Source of the DNA: Anthoceros angustus
Taxonomy: Eukaryota; Plantae; Anthocerotophyta
Reading direction: 5' to 3'
Length of the DNA stretch: 48,759 bases
Assembly (NCBI GenBank): GCA_010909165.1
Contig: MU008241.1
Location: forward strand, 1 to 48,759
Shown here: positions 25,319 through 39,655 of the stretch, one piece after another
Numbering within the stretch: the stretch's first letter is position 1
Layout: each line of letters opens with the position of its first letter
Translations under genes and position numbers: made by a program
Notes under the pieces: generated by a model
What the model was told of the DNA's origin: nothing
Seen by the model: the letters and a program-made list of their open reading frames with translations, nothing else
Databases searched by the model: none

Positions 25319-28300
25319 CTAATCTTTGCTGGACTTGTTGAAGGGTTGACGTGGACTAAACACTCCTAACGCCTCCTTAAGTTGGTAATGCTTCACCCTG
25401 GGTAAGCACTTGGTAAAAATATCTGCAGCATTGGAATCTGTTGGCACATACTCCAGCGTAACCTAACCAGTCTCAACTGCATGCCGTATAAAGTGATGGT
25501 GGACTTCCACATGTTTTGTTCTGGCATGGAATACTGGGTTTTGAGCCAATGCCAAGGCTGACTGATTATCACAGTATATCAAGGTTGGCCCCTTCTGTGG
25601 ATGTCCAAGGTCAGCTAACAGTCTTCGCAACCAAATTGCTTCTTTGGAGGCTTGTGTGAGGGCGGTAGTATTAAACCTCTGTGTGAAAGTGACACCATTG
25701 TCGCTGATGACCATGTCACAAAGACCTGCAAGTAAAAGCGTGTAGACCGACCTTCTCAGACTGGCGGGTGCAGTCGGCATCACAGTAACCAACAAGGGTA
25801 AACTCCTCTTCATCATATCCTTGCTTGGTGTAATTGATGCCATGGTCACAAGTCCCTTTTAAATAGCGAAGAATCCTCTTTGTTGCTGACCAGTGTACTC
25901 TTCCCGGGCTCTTGAGATGCTGGGAGACCATGCTTACAGGAAGAGCTATATCTCCAGTCTGTTATTGAGCAATAAATTAGCTAACCACTGAGCATAGGAA
26001 TCGCCTCCATTTCACTTCTCATGCTCGATTAAGGTATTTCCTTGGACAACTTGCAGCCAGCCTCAAGAGGGGTAAGTGCTGGCTTGGCATCAGTAAGTTT
26101 GTACTTAAATAGCATGTCGAAAATATATTTTTCCTGATGAATTGTAAGCGTTCCAGATGCAGGATCACGGTAAAGCTGCATTCCAAGACAATAAGAAAGC
26201 TCTCCTACGTCAACCATGTCGAAACGAACAGATAAGAGGCCCTTCACTTTTGTAATCTGTGCTAAATCAGTGCCCAACAGAATACAGTCATCTACATAGA
26301 GTGCTAATATGACATAGCCTGTGGGGTCTTGCAGACGATATACGTTCGAGTCAGCAGTACTCTTCTGAAAAGTAAGACCCAGCAAGTATTCATCAATAAA
26401 TTGATACCAGGCTCTGGGGCTCTGCTTGAGCCCATATATAGTCTTGAGAAGCTTGCACACATGATCCTCTTTGCCTTCCATCTCGAAGCCCTCAGGTTGT
26501 TGCATAAAGATTTCCTCCTCCAACTTACCATGTAAAAAGGCTGTTTTGACGTCCATCTGGTGTATAAACAAACAGGGAGAAGAACGCCGACATCGAGAAG
26601 AGAACCCTCAAGGACTGAGCCTTCACAACAGGCGAAAAGGTATCATGATAATCCAGTCCTTCTACTTGAGAAAAGCCCCGAGCAACCAACCGCGCTTTGT
26701 ATCTAGAAATACTGCCGTCCGCCTTATATTTTAGCTTGAAGACCCACTTAGAGGTCACAATTTTCCTCCCCTGAGGCGGAGGGCAGATTTCCCATGTCTT
26801 ATTCTCAATCAGACTATCATACTCCGACTTGATGGCTTGTTTCCAAAAATGAGCTTCAGGACCAGAGATAGCTTCATTATATGATGAAGGTTCATAACCC
26901 GGAGTCACCACCATATTAGCCCTCTCAACAACATCAATGACTACCTCCCCTGGACTTGAACCAAGCGGACGAGGAACCTTCCGAAAGTCCTCAATCCGGT
27001 AAGGCGGCTCAGCCCACTGTGCAGGAGGTCTCCTAACTCTGGTAGACCATCTAGGAGGGGCCAGCTGAGGAGGAGGGATTACATATTCCACAGGATCATC
27101 GACAAACCAATCTGGAATTTCAACAGGTCGACGTGGAGATAGTGGTGGAGAAAGCAGGTGATCATCGGTGGCGGGCATCACATCCGGCGCTCATCAACAT
27201 CCATGATGATCGGGGCATACGAATCGACATCGAGCCACAGTAGCGGTAAGGGGCACCTTTGGAACTAGAGGTGGAACAGCAGGGTAAGAAGGATCATTAT
27301 CGGGAAAATGTACAAAGTCAGACTCACTAACCTCACTGTCTGTGTCTACAGGAGGTTCCTGAAGGGAAACTTCGTCTGAGTCTAAAAAATCATCAGGGGA
27401 ATGGGAGGGTGGTTTCAAGACAACACTCTCATCAAAGGCTACAGTCCTAGCATGAACAACTCGACGAGAAGTAGGATCAAAAAGCTTGTAGCCGTGAATT
27501 CCTGCTGTATAACCTATAAAGATATGCCTTTTAGACTTGAAAGCAAACTTGGTACGTAACTTATCTGGTATGTGTGCATATGCAGTGCTGCCAAACACTC
27601 TGAGATGAGACAAATCAGGTTTACTACCTGTCCAGACTTCGAAGGGGGTGGAACCACGAAGGGAAGACACAGCTGACCTATTGGAGATAGTGGCAACTTT
27701 GCCTCAGCCTACTCCGACGATGAGCAACAGCCCACAGTACGGAAAGGGCTCGTGCGGCGTCCTGAATAGTCCTGTGCCTCCGTTCAACTCGTCCATTCAT
27801 ATCAGAATGGTACGGAATGGTAAGTTGTCGTGTGATCCCCCTCTCCTGACAAAATGCCTGAAAAGCTGTAGACATGTACTCCTTGCCATTGTAAGCGAAT
27901 ACATTTGGTGTAATGCTGCTCGCATATGCGGAATAACGTTAAGCTATGAAACACCTCACTCTTTTGGCGGAGAAGCTCAGTTACTACAAAATGGGATCTG
28001 TCATCCTCAAATACGACAAAGTATCTGGCTCCTCCCCACGAGGGAACAGACATTGGTCCACAGATGTCTGAGTGGACTAAATCCAGGATCTCTGTAGGCT
28101 TTCTTGTCTTTCCACTGCCAAAGTGGGACTTAAACTACTTCCCATGCACACAGGCTACACAGAGATCAAGATCAGGTAATTCACTTTCATTAAAACCTGT
28201 TACCATTTTTTCTCGCAAAAGTCTCCTCATGGCTTGAATATTTGGATGTCCTAGTCGACAGTGCCACTTAAAGGCATTTCCAGCTTTAACGTTTGTGGCT

Positions 28301-29712
28301 GTAACACTTGCAGTAGCTTTCTCACGAGGTACATCAGACACAAAGTCCAGAAGGTACAAATCAAAGAGTGGTGTACTCTATATGTGTGATTGGCGAGTAA
28401 GTGGATCGACATTGATTGCCTTGACGTAATCCTATAGAGATTCGTTTTTCCCAGAGCCATAGTGCTTACCAAATTTTTGGCAAGAGCTGGAACATGAAGT
28501 GCACCTTCTAACAAAAGATAACTGCCATCCTTCAATGTAATTTGTACAGCTCCAGATCCCTTGATTGGTATAGTAGAGTTGTCTCCTAACACTACTGCTG
28601 TTTGGTGGCATGTAGGAGATGACTCATAGGTGATGAAGGATTTCTTCTTCGAACACATATGATTGTTGGCTCCACTGTCGAGAAACCACTTCTGACAACC
28701 TGCTTTGGAAGAAGACAAGAAGGCTACTAGCAGCCCTGGTGTCGCAGCCCTAGCAGTATGTGTTGCTGGTGGATGAGGCCCCTTAGCACTGTCGTCCCTC
28801 ACCTTCTTCCTGCAATCTTTAACCCAATGGCCTGGCTTCCCACAATAGTTACAATTTCCAGGTTTGGAAGTGGAGTTTGAACTTGGCTGACTTGCATGAG
28901 AGAAGGACGTCTGACCTCTACCCCTGCCTAAACCACCTCTCCACTTTCCTCTAAACCTACCCCTGCCCCTACCCCTACCAACATATAATGCTGTATCACT
29001 TTGTTTGTGAGAGGTATATGAAGCTGACGAGCCACCTTTCATTTGTTTTCTATTGGCTTCAAACTGTAACAAAGCCCCTACAACTTTCTGGACTGTAAGG
29101 TTAGAAGATGCTGGGGTAGTTGCTGTGGCAGGGTTAACTATTGCTGAGGTTTGCAGGCTGGAACTAAACTGTTCATAACTAGGTGGAAGCGAAAGAAGCA
29201 GCTGTATGGCCGCTCTTGATTCAGTTACCAACACTCCACAGGATGCAAGTTTGGCTCTACAGGCCCTGAACTTGGCTACATGACTCTCAACTGAGTCTAA
29301 TTCCTTCATGCGAAGTGTCTGGTATTGCAGGGTTGCTGCTGCCTCTGCTACCATGTCCTTTGAGTCATATGTCTCTGATAGCAACGACCAAACCTCGTTT
29401 GAGGATTCAGTCAATCTGATGTGAGGTATCATCTCCTGCGATACGGAGGCCACGAGGATTGTTCGTGCCTTCCTATCTTTATGCTTCCACTCTAATTCAT
29501 CTTTCATTGTCCATTTAGGTACAGTTCCTCCAGGCGAAGGAGGACCAGAGGGCTGTCCGTGAACCTTCTTCGGAACAGACCCATCAACAACTTCCATGAG
29601 AAGTTTCTCCTCTAGGATGGTACGCACCCTAAAGCTCCAGGCATCAAAATTATGAGAATTCAGACGGTCCCTCTCTTGCAGCCTATCACGGGCGTGGGTT
29701 CTTCGACGCCAT
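25319..29712 (-). CDS. Copia C gag-pol polyprotein (frameshifted as assembled)
   Basis: RLNSHNFDAW gag, CNYCGKPGHWVKDC knuckle, WFLDSGANNHM protease, WHCRLGH, integrase (LSHLRVFG), YKARLVARG, QMDVKTAFLHG, LYVDDCIL, CDNQSALALAQNPVFHARTKH, ADIFTK; stop at 25319. Confidence 0.93.
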
Positions 29713-30176
29713 GATACTGCGGAAGCAGACAAAATTATAAATAACAATTTGCTCCACAGTCCGACCTGTCTCTGGTTTGCCATTGTCATCAGATCTGAAA
29801 CACGTTGCTTCTCAATGTACTCCTGTTTAATCTGAACTGCATCAATTCGGGACGTGTATTCCAAGACTGTGCTCTTAATGTTCAGAATGGAGTTGAGAAT
29901 GGCCTGATGCTCAGTGAAAACTTCAGGTCTGGAATGCTTTCTGTGAGCGACAGCTGGATATTCAGTATGCTTCTTTTTGCATTCACAATCTGATGACGAT
30001 GCACGGCTGTTTGCAGGAATATGAGAATCAAGAAAAGCGTTAAGAAAACGTGCTCTGTCTCTAACTTTGGCAGGCGACGGAGTCTTCTTAAAGTAGAGCC
30101 TTTCAAATTCAGCTCTGCGCTCCTTTGCGTTCTCAAATTCTGGACAGAACTGCCTGCAAGGATGCTTGCGAGGCAT
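29690..30176 (-). CDS. Putative upstream ORF (~160 aa) in the Copia C leader
   Basis: Stop-free frame from ATG 30176 (MPRKHPCRQFCPEF...) between the PBS and the probable gag ATG at 29712; fused in frame to gag as assembled. Confidence 0.45.
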
Positions 30177-30297
30177 GTTTCCACATCTACTAGGGTTTTG
30201 CAATAATTGCCATTCGGCTTCAAGAAATTCTAGTATTATGTGGTAAATGCAAATAGCCAAATAGCCCAGAAGATCAGAACGTGGTGCTCTGATACCA

Positions 30298-30509
30298 TGT
30301 TGCGTTTACATGAATCAGATTGGTAGGCTAGACATTCAGATGAACATAAGGAAAAAAGGAACTGGTACATTACAACGATAAGAGAACAAGGATATATTGT
30401 CCAAGTCTCACGAACGGTTACAACTAATAACTGTCATTAGGGTTTTGAGTAAACCTATCGACCTAGGTATATAACAATGTAACATAAGTAATATTTAACT
30501 ATTCTAACA
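30298..30509 (-). repeat. Copia C 5' LTR
   Basis: TG...CA, adjacent to the PBS. Confidence 0.95.
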
Positions 30510-32095
30510 TTCTGGCTCCTCGGAGTCCATGTCACTTGTGGCTTCATCAAAATCTGAAGCCTGTGGCCTCACTTGCAGCAGCGCCTCTCGGTCATCATGA
30601 TGAGGACCTAAAGTCCTCCTCTTAGCAAGGCGCAACACCTTGTTGTTGGCCTTGAACACCCGGTTGTGGAGGTGCGCTCCCAAGCTCTGATACTGCATCT
30701 GGAGGTCGTCGAGCTCCGTGGGCCACTCTCCACTCTCACACCTACCTCTGTAGGCGTCTCTTGCCATGGTTGCTTCGCCCACCCTCACGTGTAAAGCGAC
30801 ATCCTCCTCCCTCGCTTCTCTAAGTTGGCTAGCCAGCTTTGATTGAAGGGCATAATCTGCCCGAAATCGCCTCTTTCTCACTACCAGCAACCTATGGACC
30901 ACCTTCTTGTGGCGCTCCTCCTCTCACGCCCTCCTCTGTTCCAGGTCTGCCACCTGCTTGGCAAGCTTCTCCTTCTCCTCCTGCTAAGCATCCTTCTCGC
31001 GTTCCAGCCCTTGCACTCGGAGATCTTGGTTGATCAATTCCGTGCTCCTCACTTCCAAGATCAATCGGGTCTTCCGCAATTCTTCCTCTACATCCCGGAT
31101 CTTGATGGCTTGGGTGGCCAACACTTGCTCCTGTGCTTCCACTTGTTGGACCGCCTGCTTTTCCCTCCCTAGAGCTTTAGATTTGCTTCGCCGCTCCTGC
31201 TCTAGTTGGGCAAAATGGTCCTCCGCCTTTTGCCTCCACGTGTCTCGCTGGCCGGTGGCTCGGACAGCTCTTTCTTCCACTTGGGATAGCTTCCCCTCCA
31301 GAGTCTTCTCCGTCCGCCTGTGATCCATAATATCCTGTTGGAGCTTCTCCACAGCCTTCTCCAACTTGGCTGCCTTCTCATTGGACTCCATGGCCTCCAG
31401 CTGCCACTTGGTCCCCGCTCATCTCTCCTCCATCTCTTGGGCTTTGTTCGCCCGGACCTCCTCTTGACCTGCCAAGAGGGAGGCTGCCATTTCCCTTGCC
31501 TTCTTCAAGTCTACTTGGCTAAGTGTCTCACAGACACTTAGCAAATCCCCCAGGGGCCCCAATTCAGACCCCGTTGGCCTCTTGCTAGAATTTTCAAGCG
31601 TCCTCGTCCCCACAGGCATCGCTGGCGGGCGGTCCTCACTGCGCGCTCCATCCCCTCTTCCTCCTGGCGCGGGTGATGGCTGCCTGGCCCGGACCCTCGG
31701 TGCCCTCATGGCTCTCCTTCCTCTTCCCTACCATGGTGATGCGCCCCTCTGGGCGTGGTGCCTACCGCGGTGGGTTGAGTCCCTACTGTAGAGTGCCACC
31801 TACCATCGCGGTAGGTTGGCTACCTACCGTGGTAGGTTGATGGGGTGCCTCTCCTGCTGGCACCCACGAGATGGTGGGAACCCCTCCCACCCTTGGGGCT
31901 GTCTCTCCTACCGCGGTAGGTTGCCCTCCTACCGTGGTAGGCTGCACTCCTACTATGGTAGGAGTGCCCTTATAAATCACCACTTGGCCCTCATTGGCCT
32001 GCATCTCTCGTCCTCCTCCTTGCTCCTCATGTGAGGGAAAATCCCCCACCTCCGGCACGCTATGATAGCTTGCCAATTGCCTCTTTCGAGGACCC
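30510..32095 (-). pseudogene. Gypsy family G extra ORF, C-terminal coiled-coil half
   Basis: Frameshifted ORFs 31783-32097, 31419-31709, 30984-31391 and 30504-30902, with E/K/Q/L heptad-rich sequence and QPTTVG repeats. Confidence 0.7.
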
Positions 32096-32559
32096 ACACG
32101 CTCATTGGATCAGTATGGCCACAGGTGGGCACGCAACATGAAATCAGCGCAAAGCATAGGCCGCTAGCATGATATGTGCTATGTGCAACAATCGCAACCC
32201 GAGCTTGGTAGTGGGCACAGGAATTTCAAGCAAAGAGGTGGCTGGTAGACTTAAGCAAGTGCTTTTGTTTCAACAAACCAGGCACATCATTGAAAGCCCC
32301 TTTGAACATGGCAGATCTAAGAGGAGATTGACGGCTATGTTGAAATTTGGATATCGTAAATAGCCTAAATGCAAGTAAGGCCACATACAAGTGTATGTGT
32401 TGCACGCAGGGCCTATTTCACCAAAGCGTTTCATAGGATTTCACTTAGGGAACACCATATGCACATACACATGTATGCACACATATGCCCATTAGGGCTC
32501 AAGCATCAATCATGGCACGCGGCTTGTGCCATGTGCCAGCGTTATCGCTCGCGTTCTCT

Positions 32560-33420
32560 GCCTTCCCACTTTACTTTTGTGTCCGGTTAGTTCTCATTCT
32601 TCTTATACTTACATGGTACGAAATGATCTTGTCCTCTGCATCCTTGGCTAAATTGTACTTTGAACATGTGTTATATTGTAGAATATTGTCCTCTCTAATC
32701 CTTAGTTCACATGTCTTGCTACATAATTTATGAAAAACGGGCTTTATCATCACGGTTCTGCAGTTGTTGGTTACTACATTGTCACATTCTTGCATATGGC
32801 AAATGGTATATTTTTTTCCCACATGGACAATAGCTCACCAAATTCATATATGTTGTTGAACGGACGTGCGATAGTTGCTAGGAACTCAGTGTCAATGGCA
32901 GCTTTCAAAATCTCAGCGGTTAAACCTCTTTCAATTGCTGACTTCCCATTTTTCATATCTTTAATAGCCTGCTTGACTTTGGCCATTGTGAATATGGAGT
33001 AGGCATCCGGTGGTGCCAATGGTTTTCTGTTGTAGTGAATACATTTTTCAATTGCTGACTTCCCATTTTTCATATCTTTAATAGCCTGATTGACTTTGGC
33101 CATTGTGAATATGGAGTAGGCATCTGGTGGTGCCAATGGTGTTCTGTTGTAGTGAATACATTTTGTACATTCGTATAATTATTTGCCGGGTTCGTACCAT
33201 AATTGCAGGTCCCGAATTGGTTCGCTGATCAAGTTGGTAGCCATCCTACTATTTATTAGACTTGTGTAGGTTCTCCTTCTTGTCCTGCAAGCCTTCTTGT
33301 ATTCCTTGCTTAATTTGTCAAACAAACTCTGGTTGAAATTCTTCGTATTTAGTACCTCTCGCACTTTGTTTGTAATCCTTATTATACCATATCGGTAGGT
33401 TAGACTTCTCAAGTGTTGGG
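32560..33420 (-). mobile_element. Degenerate non-LTR retrotransposon (LINE) RT-region fragment
   Basis: FTMAKVKQAIKDMKNGKS...GLTAEILK...FNNIYEFG...W...N(Y)RTVMI..VFHKL matches the pre-RT/domain-1 region of LINE ORF2. Confidence 0.75.
32929..33164. repeat. 117-bp tandem duplication (2 copies, 3 mismatches)
   Basis: TCAATTGCTGACTTCCC recurs at 32931 and 33048. Confidence 0.95.
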
Positions 33421-34251
33421 ATCCTATCTTGATAACATATTTCCTTGCTGTTTTGCCTACGAGAGTCCCTAGCCTGCCGGCTGGGGGTCCGTTTGCCTTT
33501 TGTCTCCCAAGATTTGTTCCTAGAGAATCCAGCCTGGGTAGTTGTACAACGAGTGTAGACTCACCTACAAGTGTCCAGGCTGGAGTACAAGTTCACGTCG
33601 AATGACTAACCTAACCATAAAGTTATCTAAGATAAAAGGAGACACCGTCTCCACAGCACGCCGCCTTTCCTACCCGTAGGTCAGGAAAGGCGCGGATATA
33701 ATAAATATAATCAAGGCGGTATTGATTAGGCCTTGACTAGATAAAGACTAGCTCCTTCACCCTCAAGAATCGTTTCCATTTTCCGCAGGGCTGATTTCGG
33801 TGGTTGCTTCTATCGGCAGATCCTAGCGGAAACGGTACAAGCTGGGATGACTGCTGGTCTGGGATAGGCATAGTGCCGTAAGGGCAAGAGTTTTCAGCTC
33901 TTCAGCGCTATGTAAGGCCGCCTCGTCGTGGGTCTGTTCACGCCTTCGCTCTTTGGTTGCTTTGCGCTGCAAATTTCGCCTTGGCACCGCCAGGACTCGC
34001 CCTTTGATTTCCTCTTCTTTCTCGGCTGCACTGTGTTCTGATCTCGTGGCGGCTAAAGAGGAGTGCCTCTTCTCCAATTTTGAGAGACTGCTATGAGGCG
34101 AGCTTGGGAAGCCTTCTTCCCTTTCGAACGAAGCTTGAAATGCTGTGCAGTTTAGGAGTGCACGTTGCGCCAAGACCTGACGAGCAGGAACAAACAGAAG
34201 TCTGAGTCGGCGTAAGCAAGTGCCTTTCCGTGCGCAGGCTGTGAGTTTGAA

Positions 34252-38372
<4,121 letters not shown>

Positions 38373-38852
38373 TGTCTTGGACCAGTTGACTTGTCGTTGT
38401 GGTGTTGTGGAACTGCGGAGCTTTCTATATCCTCGGAAGAGAGTGGCAAGTGTGCATCTTGCTATCTTATCAGGAACCCGTAGCCTTTTGCTGAAAGGAA
38501 TTGTAGCAAATTATGCTCGCTTGACGTGTTCTAGGCGGGGTGTTTTAATTCATGATACTGGCTGACAATAAGACTTAGGATCTGGGATATTGTTGCACGT
38601 GACTGTGAAGATATTGGTTGTGCAAGCCGGGGGGAGGTTGTAATGAAGTATTCTGGAGGGCTATTCCCGTCTTTTTAATAAGGTGGTGAGATTATTTAAA
38701 AGAATCGCTATCTTCAAGTTTGGTATATAGGAGCACATTATTCAACGTTGGTGCATACTAGCACATCATTCTACTTCATAACTGCAACCCTGGCCTACTA
38801 TGAGTAATGGTATTGATAAAATAAGATAAAAACGTGAAAAAAAATAGGTGAA

Positions 38853-39655
38853 TGTTAACTAGGAGCTGCCTTGCTGAGACGATGATGTGTTGCATGCTTA
38901 TGCAATCTCCTAGTAGAGAAGCTAGTAGCCACCTTGCTGAGAAGGTTTTGATTTCCATTGGGGTTGTCTTGGGATATCCATCGGGGTCGTTTTGGGATTT
39001 CCATCGGGATCGTTTTGGGATCTCCATCGGGGTCGTTTTGGGATTTCCATCGGGATCGTTTTGGGATCTCCATCGGGGTCGTTTTGGGTTCTTCCTGTTG
39101 AGAGAAGTGATACATCGCACGGAACTCAGTAAACCCATATTCTTGTTTGTGGTGCTTTCGGGAAGCTCTGTGAAGTGATCCCTATGTTGCATGCTTATGC
39201 AATCTCCTAGTAGAGAGGCTAGTACCTGCCTTGCTGAGAAATCCATGTGTTGCATGCTTATGCAATCACTTAGTAGAGAGGACTCTTGGTGACGAGAGGT
39301 CTACAAGAATTCCCTGGGCTAGAGCAAGGCCTTAGAGGCATTTATTCTACATTGCAAGCCTTGTGTTGAGAGAGCTGAGCCTAGCTAGTGAGCTTGACAT
39401 TAGTTGGGCGTAGATAGCCAGACTCCAGTGTATTTTTGGGGAATAGAGAGTAGCGCCTCGAGGAGGTGGTCTGCGAGTCGTCAGTTGACAGCAGGCTACT
39501 TAGAGCCTAGTGCTGCGTTGTGAGGTTGAGAATGCTAAGAGTTGGTGCATGTCTCTAATCATGAGTGAATTGGCAAGATCCTAGACCGCTGGAGCCTGCA
39601 CTTGTCGCTTCTATACTTGCTGTGGAGTAAAGCGCGTTATTTGTGGTATTAGAGC
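38853..39655 (+). mobile_element. Probable LTR with internal repeats, followed by a tRNA-Met PBS
   Basis: TGGTATTAGAGC at 39644-39655 (11/12 match to the PBS) after a repeat-rich segment. The 5' boundary is uncertain. Confidence 0.5.
38948..39090. repeat. 23-bp minisatellite, ~6 units (GGGATHTCCATCGGGRTCGTTTT)
   Basis: Units start at 38971, 38994, 39017, 39040, 39063 and 39086, plus a degenerate unit at ~38948. Confidence 0.95.

Larger units (their letters stand above)
23979..30509 (-). mobile_element. Full-length, very young Ty1/Copia element C with extra ORFs
   Basis: LTRs 23979-24183 and 30298-30509 are identical except for two small indels. Perfect PBS TGGTATCAGAGC (30286-30297, -); PPT GAGAGGGGG (24184-24192, -). 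Flanks TTCA / TTCTG form an imperfect TSD. Confidence 0.96.
22033..32095 (-). mobile_element. 3' part of a Gypsy family G element (extra ORF, 3' region, PPT, LTR), split by Copia C
   Basis: The extra-ORF reading DMDSEEPE at 30510 resumes as EGEREGEE at 23978. PPT complement at 23107-23128; LTR 22033-23106. Confidence 0.8.

Noticed and set aside
29715-29765. Transmembrane/env-like segment LWSKLLFIILSASAV in the 669-aa ORF
   Set aside because: Better explained as translation of a T-rich polypyrimidine tract before a splice acceptor.
32245-32275. VDLSKCF resembling the LINE RT 'D.sKAFD' motif
   Set aside because: Wrong strand relative to the LINE fragment and no flanking support.
38948-39090. 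CRISPR-like array
   Set aside because: Head-to-tail units with no unique spacers, no cas genes, eukaryotic context.
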